Positions 39,036 through 50,343 of a stretch of 64,000 bases of DNA are shown one piece after another. Positions within the stretch are counted from its first letter, which is position 1, and each line of letters opens with the position of its first letter. A program made the translations under genes and the position numbers. This stretch comes from Octopus vulgaris. Lineage: Eukaryota. The notes under the pieces are model-generated. The model made no database searches, was not told the origin of the DNA, and saw nothing but the letters and a program-made list of their open reading frames with translations. The stretch is from positions 69,936,001 through 70,000,000 of the forward strand of contig OX597818.1 of NCBI GenBank assembly GCA_951406725.2. Reading direction: 5' to 3'.

Positions 39036-39066
<31 letters not shown>

Positions 39067-39296
39067 TGTATGTATTTATGTGTGTATGCACCCACATGCA
39101 GACAGGGGTTGATTCATATGTAAAAAGAAAGTGAACAAAATAATATGACAACATGCTTATCAGGAAATTTTTAAGTTCAATTGTTTTCGATTTTTTTTCT
39201 TTAAGTATCACCATTATAGGTATTTATGCTCCAGTGAAATTAAGAAAGCAAGTCGTAAATAAATGAAACCCTCAAATCCATTACTGTACACACACA
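38948..39296. repeat. About 95-bp direct repeat, period about 252
   Basis: TTTAAGTATCACCATTATAGGTATTTAT..CCAGTGAAATTAAGAAA...CCATTACTGTACACACACA at 38948 and 39200. Confidence 0.9.
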
Positions 39297-39318
39297 TGCA
39301 CAGCCACATATCTATTTC

Positions 39319-39350
<32 letters not shown>

Positions 39351-40509
39351 TGTATGTATGTATGTATGTGTGTATGTATGTATGTATGTATGTATGTGTG
39401 TATGTGTATGTGTGTGTGTATGTGTGTATGTGTGTATGTGTGTATGTATGTATGTATGTATGTATGTATGTATGTATGTGTGTATGTGTGTATATGTGTA
39501 TGTATCCATCCATCCATCCATCCATCCATCCACATGTGTCTACACACCCCATAGGTACACCATGATCTATACTCTCATAGTTGGAGATCGATGCATATGA
39601 AAAAGAAAGGGAATGAGATCATACAATCATAACTTGCTTATCGAGAAGTCTGGAAGTCTGATTTTCTTTTCTTCTTTTTTGAAAGATAATCAAACCAAAT
39701 GTTCATCATTTCGAGCCACTCACCTTTTGAGTATTCCTGCCAAGTGTGGTAGAAATCCGTTCAGCTGTTTCCCAGTAATTTTGTAAACACACAAACATAC
39801 ATAGTGATTACAATACCCTGCATTCACTCACGCATGAAGGGTAATTATCTCAGCCAAAAAGGAAAAGCCATAACGACACTATTTGCTGTATCTTTACAAC
39901 TGAAGATGCAGTGAAAACACAGACTGAAATTGTCAAAGCTATCTCTGATTGTACAATTGTAGCCCAGTACATGGGTCAAAGAAGCACACAAGACACAATT
40001 TAGAGACATTGGACATCATGTAGACCCATGGTTAGTAGTGATTTTTGTGTCATAGTATAGGAAAGGTGAAAGCAGGCTTAACGAAAGGTGGCTTTAATCA
40101 GGGGACATCAAAATGGACTTACAATTCCTAATGATCCTCAAAGCTCACAAAGCAATATCAGAACTGTGCCCTGTAGATGGCGTAGAGGCAAAAGACATGA
40201 GATTGAGGATACAGGTGAGAGTTTGTGATGCCATTCTTAAAAGATATTTCCTTTGCCATACCCACAATTTTGGCTGATGGTGCTTGAGAAACTGGGGTTT
40301 CTTATTCATTTTTGCTGTTGCTGTTCATTATTTTCATTTCCCATGTTTTTGCTTATTCCTCCGAGTTCTTCAGGATGTTCAGCTCTAAGCTTTGTTTTAC
40401 TTGGTAAAATATAACAGCTAAGTTCTCTTCATACACCCTTCAATAGAGTTATTAATGTCATTTACTTGTTGCTCCTCCCTTCATAATTTTTAAACATGGT
40501 TTTTGCATT

Positions 40510-40714
40510 TTTCTGGCAGAATCATTGGCATGCTGGGGAAAATGCTTAGTGGCATTTCACCTGTCTTTCCATTCTGAGTTTAAATTTCATCAAGTTCGAC
40601 TTTGCTTTCATCATTTTGGGGTCGATAAATTAAGTACCAGTTCAACACTGGGGTTAATGTAATCAACTTGTTCCCTCCCCCTGTACTTGCTGGCCTTGTG
40701 CCAAAATTTGAAAT
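40510..40714 (+). mobile_element. Meta-domain-like tRNA SINE
   Basis: CTGGCAGAATCATTGGCATG...CTGAGTTTAAATT...TTTGCTTTCATCATTTTGGGGTCGATAAATTAAGTACCAG...CCTTGTGCCAAAATTTGAAA followed by (TTA)n. Confidence 0.8.
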
Positions 40715-40741
40715 TATTATTATTATTATGATTATTGTTAT

Positions 40742-40875
40742 TGAAGATGTCACACAGGATCCAATATTGTGATGTTGATTGAAGATATTGCTTGTACCAG
40801 GGGCCTGTAACTTTCTGTCAAATCACAACAAGGACCTCAAAGAGACAGTTTTTTATGCCGTATGCATGCAGTCTG
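40742..40875 (-). mobile_element. R4/Dong 3'-end fragment
   Basis: Homologous to 44981-45115 (GATTGAAGATATTG...TCACAACAAGGACC...TATGCATGCAG). It abuts (TTA)n. Confidence 0.75.
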
Positions 40876-40971
40876 TTGAGGTTTCAGGCCTCAGGCATTT
40901 TCAATTTTTTATTTCCACTCCACTCTCACACATGTATATGTGTGTGCCAATATATAGATTGTGTAATTTAA

Positions 40972-41267
40972 GGTGGAGTGAAATTAAAAAATTGTAGAAA
41001 CTGAAAATGCCTGAGGCCTAAAATCTTGCTATATGTTATTACTAGAAAAATGCTAAATTTTTGCTTAGACATTTATTCCTTTGAACCCCACAAACTTTGC
41101 TATTGCCAAAAATTTACAAAAGTCACCTATTTTTGAAGTTTAGGGGGCTTGAGGGAGTAAATACTCTTAATTGCTCTCAGTGAAAATTTAGCATTTTTCT
41201 AGTAATATAAAAACATTTTAGTCCTCAGGCATTTTCAATTTCCACAATTTTTAATTTTCACTCCACC
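40972..41267. mobile_element. MITE-like fold-back element (terminal inverted repeats of about 88 bp)
   Basis: GGTGGAGTGAAATTAAAAAATTGTAGAAACTGAAAATGCCTGAGG...TAGAAAAATGCTAAATTTT versus its reverse complement at 41183-41267. An extra partial arm lies at 40885-40923. Confidence 0.7.
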
Positions 41268-41299
41268 CAAATGTGCAAAGTCAGTGTGCATGTACAACA

Positions 41300-41640
41300 G
41301 AGTATAAGCATCTTGAGAGGAAAGTTGAACATAAGAAGCATCAGATGTGGTGTTCAAGAGAGGACTGCACTGGTATAGTTATGTGATGCGTATGAATGAG
41401 GACAGCTGTTTAAAGAAGTGCTGATCTCTGATTGTAGTGGGAACGTGTGATAGAGGTAAACCCAGGAAGACATGGGATGAGGTGGTGAAGCTTGATCTTT
41501 GAATGTTGGGTCTCACTGAAGCAATGACTAGTGACTGCAACCTTTGGCAATTTGCTGTGCTTGAGAAAACCTAGCAAGCCAAGTGAAATCATGGTCATGG
41601 CCAAAGCTGATGTCTCATAACTGACCAGCATGCAGCTGGT
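41300..41640 (+). mobile_element. RTE-clade LINE ORF C-terminus and start of the 3' UTR
   Basis: LRGKLNIRSIRCGVQE..LHWYSYVMRMNEDSCLKKC..GTCDRGKPRKTWDEVVKLDL..LGLTEAMTSD..W.FAVLEK. Confidence 0.85.
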
Positions 41641-41719
41641 GCATCAGGGTTACCCAGAAATGAATGAAAGGTACCCCAAATCGCCCTTTGGGGTTACACT
41701 ACCTCCATATTTAGGTCAT

Positions 41720-42340
41720 TCTTTTATTCTTTTACTTGTTTCAGTCATTTGAATGCAGCCATGCTGGAGCACCACTTTTGGTCGACCAAATCACCCCCAG
41801 GACTTATTTTTTCTAAGCCTAGTACTTATTCTATTGGTTTTTTATGCCAAAATGCTAAGTTACGGGGATGCAAGCACACCAATATCAAAGAAGCTTGAGA
41901 GGCGGTTGGATGGAACCTACACTCGCCTCCTTATGAGAGCTCAAAATATCTCGTGGAGGCGCCATCCAACCAGAATGCAAATATATGGGAAATTACCACC
42001 TGTGTCATCTCTTGTGAAAGATAGGAGAGTCCAGTTTGCTGGACATTGTTGTAGAGCTGAAAACGAGGTAATTTCTACTCTTCTCCTCTGGAAGCCATCT
42101 ACTCGCAACACCAGAGGGCGCACACTCTCCTACCCTGATGTAATCTCCAGGGATACAGGCATCCAGCAACAGGACCTCCGTAATGCTATGATGGACCGTG
42201 AAGTCTGGCATAACATAGTAAATTCCATTGTCTCGACCACGGTCGAACAACGATGATGATGATGACACCAATATCGGTTGTTAAGCAATATGGGAGGGGG
42301 GCAAACACAGACACACAAATACATTCACACACACACACAT
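41720..42340 (-). mobile_element. CORE-type SINE (3' part) interrupted by an RTE-X insertion
   Basis: The SINE sequence at 41720-41886 resumes at 42265 (ACACCAATATCGGTTGTTAAGC), as in the intact copy at about 43435-43460. Confidence 0.85.
41887..42264 (+). mobile_element. 5'-truncated RTE-X-like LINE with a (GAT)n tail and an 11-bp TSD
   Basis: Open frame LERRLDGTYTRLLMRAQNISWRRHPT...RRVQFAGHCCRA...LLLWKP...RGRTLSYPDVISRDTG...MMDREVW. The TSD ACACCAATATC is at 41876-41886 and 42265-42275. Confidence 0.9.
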
Positions 42341-42406
42341 ATATATATATATAAACTTGGAAATGGATGCATGGCATTCAATCAAATAATAACATATTAT
42401 AATAAT

Positions 42407-42443
<37 letters not shown>

Positions 42444-42446
42444 TAT

Positions 42447-42737
42447 ATGGGTACAGGATATCACAAACCATAAACAACATGAAATATGAAAACAAATGAG
42501 TTGAATATGCAAACGAGAGAAAGAAATGGAAAACAAGACAAGTAACATAAAGAACGACCCTTCCTCAGTCGTTGGCTGTCTATCTACTCTTCATTTCGAG
42601 CATTGAACGACAATATGAGTTTTCAAAGGCAGTTGCTCCCACAAAAGCCAAAATACAATTTGGGATTTATGGAGGGTCAAAGTCGGGAACAAAAACAGGA
42701 CAGTGGTGACATATGGTTTGTGACGACCTGTACCCAT
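42447..42737. mobile_element. Short element with inverted ends of about 26 bp inside (TA)n (PLE fragment or MITE)
   Basis: ATGGGTACAGGATATCACAAACCATA versus TATGGTTTGTGACGACCTGTACCCAT. Confidence 0.6.
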
Positions 42738-43274
42738 ATATATGTATATGCATATATATATATATATATGAGATCAATAAAATAAAGCATTAGTCCAGTA
42801 GTGGAGTCAGAAGTATTAATTAGACACCCCCCACACACTCTCTTTAAAACTGCTAAGCTTGTGTCTAAATTAGAAATAAAAGTGACCTATTTGTTAATGT
42901 GTTGTTTTGTTATTGTTTCTCTCAGTTTTGGTTTTGTTCAATGTAAAGGTTCCTGTCAGTTTCTTCTTTGTGGTTTTTCTCTGCATTTTACCCTTAAACT
43001 GTTCCCAATATTGTAAGTGACAGAAACCGACTTAAAAGAAAAGTCTTCTCACGTTTGGTTCATGGGGCTTACCTTCAGAATGCTTTTCTAAATAGGAGAA
43101 AAGGTACTTTTGAATCTTTGCATGTGGCAGTGTAACCCAAGCTTTTGTATGGGGTTTCCCCTGAAATGGTCTTGTTGGCCCTTCCTTTATTGGGGAACTT
43201 TCTCTATTCAAATTTTTATTCCTATATCTTTCGTTTTTGTTGATCCCTTTTTAATCCCTGTAAACTCCATTTCA

Positions 43275-43687
43275 TTTACTCTTTACTCTTTTACTTGTTT
43301 CAGTCATTTTGACTGTGGCCATGCTGGAGCACCGCCTTTAGTCGAGCAAATCGACCCCAGGACTTATTCTTTGTAAGCCCAGTGCTTATTCTATCGGTCT
43401 CTTTTGCCAAACCGCTAAGTGACGGGGACGTAAACACACCAGCATCGGTTGTCAAGCAATGCTAGGGGGACAAACACATACACATAAACACACACACACA
43501 CATATACATATATATATACATATATACAACAGGCTTCTTTCAGTTTCCGTCTACCAAATCCACTCACAAGGCATTGGTCGGCCCGGGGCTATAGCAGAAG
43601 ACACTTGCCCAAGATGCCACGCAGTGGGACTGAACCCGGAGCCATGTGGTTGGTTAGCAAGCTACTTACCATGCAGCCACTCCTGCG
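43275..43687 (-). mobile_element. Full-length, well-preserved CORE-type tRNA SINE
   Basis: Reverse complement: CGCAGGAGTGGCTGCATGGTAAGTAGC..GGGTTCAGTCCCACTGCGTGGCATCTTGGGCAAGTGTCTT...GGCGGTGCTCCAGCATGGCCACAGTCAAAATGACTGAAACAAGTAAAAGAGT. Confidence 0.92.
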
Positions 43688-44184
43688 TATATTATCCTTG
43701 TATTATCTTCAGTGTCATGGGACCCTGTGGCCAATAAAAAAAAAATCATAACTATTATTGTTGTTGTTGTGCAGCTGAAAGACTTGAGGACAGAATACCT
43801 TTTTCTTCAGTCAAAGTTGTTATTGATTGTTTCAAGTTCCCCTTGAAGAGCAAAGTAGAGAGAGAGGGGGGGGAGAGAAGTGAAGACTTTGCTGGAAATT
43901 GTTAGGTTGACTGGAACTAATAGAAGTAGATCAGAGAATGGCAGTTAGGAGAGGACACCTGGCTTTTATGGTCATCAGATCTCAGACTTAATAGAAGGCA
44001 GTCCTCTATCAGCAGCTCTATATCTCCTCTCTACTTTATACATACTGTACATACTTTTAGTTCAAATTTTCCCCATACCTATTTTCCCTCCTCATCTAAT
44101 TGTGTCTGAACTCCTTATTGTAACTTGTCTTTGCATTATCCACAACATCAAACACCCCAGCTGCAAATAAAAGAAATTATTATT

Positions 44185-44656
44185 CTTGAGTGAGAGAGCA
44201 GTGCATGCCATCAAAGTGACACTGGGGTAAAATATACGAAGCCCAGTATACTCATCATGACTACCGGTTTGGTAAGGGTACACTAGGCACATGCATCACA
44301 ACGGTATGTGCACGACATGGTGATCTCATATCAAGGTAAACAGCACATGACCTTGCAGGTGGGGCCCAGTTAGAATTTGCTTCTGGTCGAGCAACCCATC
44401 CTGCTCAAAAAGTCCCTGAATAAGGGTTGTTTAAGTATGTTGAACGAAACACCAATATTTCCAGGAGTGCATTATTCAAACCCCAAAGAATCTCTCTCAA
44501 CACATGGCTATGATGCTTCCCCCACTACTTCTGCTCGTGATCAGAGATGCACATATCGTCAGCCACCAAGGGACAGGCTCAACTGGTTATGGTAAAAAAA
44601 CTGACAACCAAATCTGTGGTACTGAGCAGAATATTTGCTGTAGCCCATGTTTTATC
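44185..44656 (-). mobile_element. Unclassified non-coding interspersed element of about 470 bp, bounded by TTA/TAA tracts
   Basis: A GC-richer non-coding block between ATTATTATT (about 44176) and (TTA)n (44658-44679). The strand is inferred from the neighbouring Dong pieces. Confidence 0.5.
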
Positions 44657-44679
44657 TATTATTATTATTATTATTATTA

Positions 44680-44950
44680 CTCAGTAGTTTTATTTTTATT
44701 GTGGACATTCACTGCCCTATTGAACCCATCTCTGTGTGCCTTAGGTATGTGTGTGGTGCCTAACAATGCTATATTCTGTTTGCTAATGCCCCTATAATTA
44801 TAAGAATCGTTTCTGTCTTCAGGTTCCACATTCAGGTTACCTCTGGATCTTTGAATTTTGAAGGTTTTTCCATTTCTTCAGTGATATTTAGTCATCTGTT
44901 GGGACTGATATGTTAACAATATGGCATTTTATTTTGTTTTTTTGTCTTTG
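44680..44950 (-). mobile_element. R4/Dong RLE-domain C-terminus and 3' end (family A)
   Basis: Minus strand: KCHIVNISVPTDD*ISLK..MEKPSKFKDPEVT*MWNLKTETILIIIGAL..IALLGTTHI. Confidence 0.75.
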
Positions 44951-44980
44951 TAATAATGATTATAATTAATAATATTATTA

Positions 44981-45611
44981 TAGACGTCACGCAGTATACA
45001 ATATCGTGAAGTTGCTGATTGAAGATATTGTATCTACCGGGGGTTTGTACTGTTTGTCAAGTCACAACAAGGACCCCAGACACAACAGTACTTTATGCAA
45101 TATGCATGCAGTTCCAAGTAATGCCAACTTTTGCAATACACCTAGATTGTAGGGTATTTTTAAAGTTTGCAGGGTTCTTTTTTTCAGATTGGGTGGTATT
45201 GAACCCAATGCTTCCATGACGATAGAGATAACCCTGTTGTTTGACTCTGGTAGCTCTCACATCTTAACGATCTTAATTCTCAGGTCTCCCTATTTATCAA
45301 CTTTTTCTCTTTCTTTCATGATGATATGTTGATCTCCTGGCCCTGCCACGTCAATTATTAGGCACTCTTGTTTGTTCCTCCTAAAGGTTACTATATCTGG
45401 CCTTTGGTGCTCTAACACTTTGTCTAGAAATCAAAGTCCCAGAGAATTTTTTCCTTTCTCTTTTCGTCCATTACATTTTCCGGTGTATGTTGGTACCAAG
45501 CACCATAACCTCATATCCATACTAACAGCATAGTAGCCAGTGGAGGTTTTGGGCTACTTTGTCGTGTCTACGCTCGTACTCTTTCTGTGCAAGACTTTCA
45601 CAAGCAGTAAC
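44981..45611 (-). mobile_element. R4/Dong zinc knuckle, restriction-like endonuclease and 3' UTR (family B), flanked by (TAA)n
   Basis: Minus strand: CESLAQKEYERRHDKVAQNLHW, KILWDF, RPDIV...CLIIDVAGPGD, EALGSIP and LQKLALLGTACILHKVL. Confidence 0.9.
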
Positions 45612-45635
45612 ATTATTATTATTATTTATTCTAAT

Positions 45636-45775
45636 AAAGTGGTGAGCCGTTAGAATTGTTACTGTGTTGGAGAAAATGTTCCACAGCATTTTTTCCATTC
45701 TGAGTTCAAATTCCACCAAGGTCCTACTTTGCCTTTCATTGTTTTGGAGTTGATAAAATCAGTACCAGTTGAGCA
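45636..45775 (+). mobile_element. Meta-domain-like SINE (5' part)
   Basis: GTGGTGAGCCGTTAGAATTG...CTGAGTTCAAATTCCACC...TTTGCCTTTCAT...GATAAAATCAGTACCAG. Confidence 0.75.
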
Positions 45776-45777
45776 AA

Positions 45778-45813
<36 letters not shown>

Positions 45814-45818
45814 TATTA

Positions 45819-45985
45819 TAGACATCACACAGTATATGATATCATGAGGCTGTTGATTAAAGATATTGCATCTACCCAGGGTTTGTAATGTTTGTCAAGT
45901 CACATGAGTGCAGTTCCAAGTAATGCCAACTTTTGCAATATACCTAGATTGTAGGGTATTTCTAAGGTTTTCAGATGTTTTTTTT
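45819..45985 (-). mobile_element. Second R4/Dong family B 3'-end fragment
   Basis: A near copy of 44981-45185 (TGCAGTTCCAAGTAATGCCAACTTTTGCAATA.ACCTAGATTGTAGGGTATT) with an internal deletion. Confidence 0.85.
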
Positions 45986-47279
45986 TCTGGCAGCATATTT
46001 AATATCAGGCACTTTGCTGCAAAAACAAAGGTATTTACCTTTATCATAAGAGACCTTTTGTATGCAGATGATTGTGATCTAGTAACGCACACAGAGATTG
46101 ATATGCAACACATTTTGAATGCATTCTCTGATGCTTGCACTGCCTTAGGATTGACAGTCAGTCTCAAGAAAACTGTTGTCATGTACCAACCTGCCCCTGG
46201 GAAGCAGTATAGTGTACCAAATATCTATGTGTATGGTAAACGACTTGATGTAGTTGATTAGTTCGTCTACCTGGTAAGCACAGTTAAAAGATATAGCAAT
46301 TTGGATAATGAAATTCCACACAGAACTAAGAAAGCAAGTGATGCTTTCAGAAGGCTAGAAAGGTGCCTCTGGAGTTGGTAAGACATATGCAGAAAGACAA
46401 AGATAAAGGTGTACAAGGCATGTGTGCTCCCTTCTCTTCATTATGCCTGTGAGGCCTGGGTCACAGATCGATACCACCTTAAACAACTGGAACGTTTCCA
46501 TCAGGTGTGTCCCAGAATGATCTGTTTATGGCATTGAGATTGGAGGACTGCATCAATGATCTTGAGATATTGGAAAGCTCTCGGTGTGAAAGTATAGAAG
46601 CTCTTGTGTTGAAGCAAAGACTCAAATGGAGTGGTCATCTGGTCAGGATGAAGGATGCCAAAACAACTCTTTCATGGAAAATTAGCTAAAGGAGAATGAC
46701 CTCCACATAAACCAAAAAACAGGTAAAAAGACTTCCTGAAGGCTTCCTTCTCTCCTGACACATGGGAGTGCATAGCTGTTGACTGTAACAGGGTAAGAAG
46801 GATTGTGTATGAGGGGACAGCTACTTTTGAGAAATCTCGAGTTGCGCATGAGAAAATGAGGAGGGATGTCAGCAAGGGCATCGCTGTTGCACTTTCAGAT
46901 AGCAAGGATCTTCCTATGATGCTGACATGCAGTGTATGTGTAAGACACTACATGTAAAGCTGGACACATCTTTTTAGTCATAAGGCAGGACCAATGATTG
47001 ACTACCAGGCCACTGGTGGTGATGCTACACACCATACTAATCATATCTGTCAAGCACGTGGAAGGGACTGTGATTCGGTGGGAGAACTACGACATGCAAA
47101 GGTACATGAAGCCCAATTACATCTACAGCCAGCAACTGCCAGTAAAGGATTTAGCTGCCAATTCTGTACGAGACATTGTAGAACTTTAGCTGGGCTAAAG
47201 TGTCACATATGATCACAGCACCATTAACAGATAAGCCTCATGCAATGGCCATACGCAGTAACAAGGGGGCAGCCATCAT
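45986..47279 (+). mobile_element. RTE-clade (BovB-like) LINE 3' portion with C-terminal C2H2-type zinc fingers
   Basis: GSIFNIRHFAAKTKV...IRDLLYADDC...GLTVSLKKTVVMYQPAPG, KIKVYKACVLPSLHYACEAW, RLKWSGHLVRM and CQFCTRHCRTLAGLKCH. The tail is TGCAATGGCCATAC...GGGGCAGCCATCA. Confidence 0.92.
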
Positions 47280-47872
47280 ATATATGTATGTATGTATATG
47301 TATGAATATGTATATGTGTATAAATATGTTTATATATATATGTGTATATATATGTGTATAAATATGTGTATATATACGTATACATATATATATATGTATA
47401 TATATATATGTGTGTGTATATATATATATGTATATATATATATATGTGTGTGTATATATATGTATATATATATATGTGTGTGTGTATATATATATGTGTG
47501 TATATTTATGTATATAGGTGTGTATGTATATATATATATATATGTGTATATATATGTGTATATATATATATGTGTGTATATATATGTATATATATATATA
47601 TGTGTAAATATATATGTATATATATATATGTATATATATGTATATATATATGTATATATATGTATATATATATATGTGCATATATATATGTATATATATG
47701 TGTATATATATGTATATATATATGTGTATATATGTATATATATGTGTATATATATGTATATATATGTGTATATATGTGTATATATACGTATATATATGTG
47801 TATATATATGTATATATATATATGTATATATATATATGTATATGTATATGTATATATATGTGTGTATATATA
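47280..47872. repeat. Compound (TA/TG) microsatellite field
   Basis: Seen directly. Similar fields lie at 48342-48681, 50270-50410, 50837-51093, 51558-51875, 53045-53878, 58325-59020 and 62440-62888. Confidence 0.95.
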
Positions 47873-48341
47873 TCATCATCATCATCATTTAGCGTCCACT
47901 TTCCATGCTAGCATGGGTTGGACGGTTCAACTGGGGTCTGGGAAGCCAGAAGGCTGCACCAGGCCCAGTTTTATCTGGCAATGTTTCTATGGCTGGATGC
48001 CCTTCCTAACGACAACCACTCCGTGAGTGTAGTGGGTGCTTTTTATGTGCCACCCGCACAGGTGCCAGACGGGGCTGGCAAACGGCCACGGATGGATGGT
48101 GCTTTTTATGTGCCACCGGCACGGAGGCCAGTCGGGGCAGCGCTGGCAACGGCCATGATCGGATGGTTCACTTACGTGTCACTGGCACTGGTATCACAGC
48201 TGCAATTTCGATTTTGGTTCTGATTTCTGATTTGATTTGATTTCCACTTGCCTCAACGGGTATTCACAAGTGTAGTTTTGTGTCCCAAGAAGGAAAGGTA
48301 TGTATAAGTTGACTGGCTACATCCCAGGTAGAGGCCACGGG
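47873..48341 (-). mobile_element. RTE LINE 3' UTR (5'-truncated) with minisatellite units
   Basis: (CAT)n-TTAGCGTCCACTTTCCATGCTAGCATGGGTTGGAC tail and GTGCCACCGGCAC-type units at 48037-48195. Confidence 0.85.
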
Positions 48342-48361
48342 TTATATATACATATATATGC

Positions 48362-48401
<40 letters not shown>

Positions 48402-48681
48402 ATATATAAATATATATATATATGTGTGTATATATATATATATGTATATATATATGTGTATATATATATGTATATATATATGTGTATATATATATGTGTA
48501 TATATATATATGTGTATATATATATATGTATATATATGTATATATGTGTATATATGTGTGTGTATATATATGTATATATATATGTGTGTGTATATATATG
48601 TATATATATATATATGTGTGTGTGTATATATATGTGTGTGTATATATATATATATATGTGTTTATATATATGTATATATAT

Positions 48682-50268
48682 AAACCACTACAGCTTCTTT
48701 TTCAGAGCTTTCTTGCAAGTGGTAAGCTCCCAGTCAAATTGAAAGAGGGGGTAATATGCCCCATCAATAAGGGAGGAAGCAGAGCAGATGCTAAAAATTA
48801 TAGGCCTATCTCTCTGACCTCACACATCAGCAAAGTCATGGAACGAATAGTCCGTAAGAAACTAATCATGTTCCTTGAAGAAAATGACTTACTGTCTGAC
48901 ACCCAGCATGGATTTCGACCAGGTAGAGGCTGCCTAACACAGCTCCTGCAACACTATGACTGAGTGTTAAAACAGCTACTAAATGGCTCAAATGTGGATG
49001 TGATATATCTCAACTTTGCAAAAGCCTTTGATAAAGTCAACCACGGTATGATTTGTCACAAACTGCATGGTCTCAGCATAGGCAGAAAGCTTGGAGAGTG
49101 GCTGCACAACTTCCTAAAAGATAGAAGGCAGGCAGGCAGTTGTGACCAATGGAGCCACCTCCAAGGAAACACAAATAACAAACGGTGTTCCACAGGGCAC
49201 TGTCTTGGGGCCACTGCTGTTCATAGTGGCCCTTTCAGACATGCCCTCAGTTACTAAGATGACCACCCTTGCTAGCTATGCAGATGGGACAAAAGTCTCC
49301 CACACAATACAAAACCTTGGAAATATAGCACATCTGCAACAGGAGTTGGATACAATATACAGGTGGGCTGAGGACAACAACATGCAGTTTAATGCAGGTA
49401 AGTTCCAGGCCCTGCGCTACCGGCACAAAAAGGTAAATGACATGCAGACTGGATACACTGGCCCGGGAAAAACTGCAATCCCGGTGTCAAAATCAGTGCG
49501 TGACCTGGGCATTGACATGAGCAATGATGCATCTTTCCAAATGCATATTGCTAATCTGGTGATAAAATGCAGACGGCTAGCTGGATGGATTCTCCGAACT
49601 TTCAGAACAAGAGAGAAGGAGACACTGATGGTCCTGTGGAAAACTGTCGTCCTCAGCCGCTTGGACTACTGCTCCCAACTATGGTCACCACAACAATATA
49701 AAACTAACAACAGAACTCGAAGCAATTCAGAGAAGCTACACAAAGAAAATCGTCTCAATGCAACATATCAGCTACTGGGAAAGACTGAAAGTATTAAACC
49801 TCTTCCCCCTAGAGCGGAGGAGGAAGAGATATGCGGTGATATACATCTGGAAAATCCTGGAGAGTCTTGTCCCAAATTTTGGCATTCAAAGTTACCCCAA
49901 CCGCAGAACGGGGCGCCACTGCATGGTGCCAAAGATTCCTACATCACCATCAAAATACAGGACCAGATACTGCAACAGCTTGGGTGTCAGAGGACCACAG
50001 CTCTTTAACATCCTCCCTAAATGCCTGAGAGACTTGCATGGTGTGGATGTGGGTTTCTTTAAAACTAAACTGGATCTCTTCTTGTCGGGGGTCCCAGATG
50101 AACCTACCTCACGACATGAGACACAGATGCGGGCAGCGGCATCGAACTCCCTTGTTGACCAAGTGCCACGTATCAGAGGTGGAATCACATATTAGTGTAG
50201 CTCATTCAGCGGTGGTGCCCCAGCATGGCCGCAGCCTTCAGGCTGAAGCATATTTAAGGATTTAAGGA
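48682..50268 (+). mobile_element. CR1-group LINE RT and 3' end, relatively young, 5'-truncated
   Basis: [68 protein letters not shown] and SRLDYCSQLWSP. It has one stop (48961) and two frameshifts. The tail is GGTGGTGCCCCAGCATGGCCGCAGCCTTCAGGCTGAAGC. Confidence 0.95.
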
Positions 50269-50302
50269 TATGTGTGTGTATATATGTATATATACATATG
50301 TA

Positions 50303-50343
<41 letters not shown>

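Noticed and set aside
41753-42256. 167-aa ORF as a host gene
   Set aside because: It is a chance fusion of antisense SINE sequence with the RTE-X C-terminus, and the TSD marks the junction.
45908-46261. 117-aa ORF with YADD as an independent gene
   Set aside because: It is a chimera of an antisense Dong 3' end and a truncated RTE RT, with stops immediately downstream.
48358-50195. Intact or active reverse transcriptase, or a prokaryotic retron/DGR
   Set aside because: It is a 5'-truncated LINE with a stop, two frameshifts and YADG at the catalytic motif. It has CR1-group motifs and a LINE tail.
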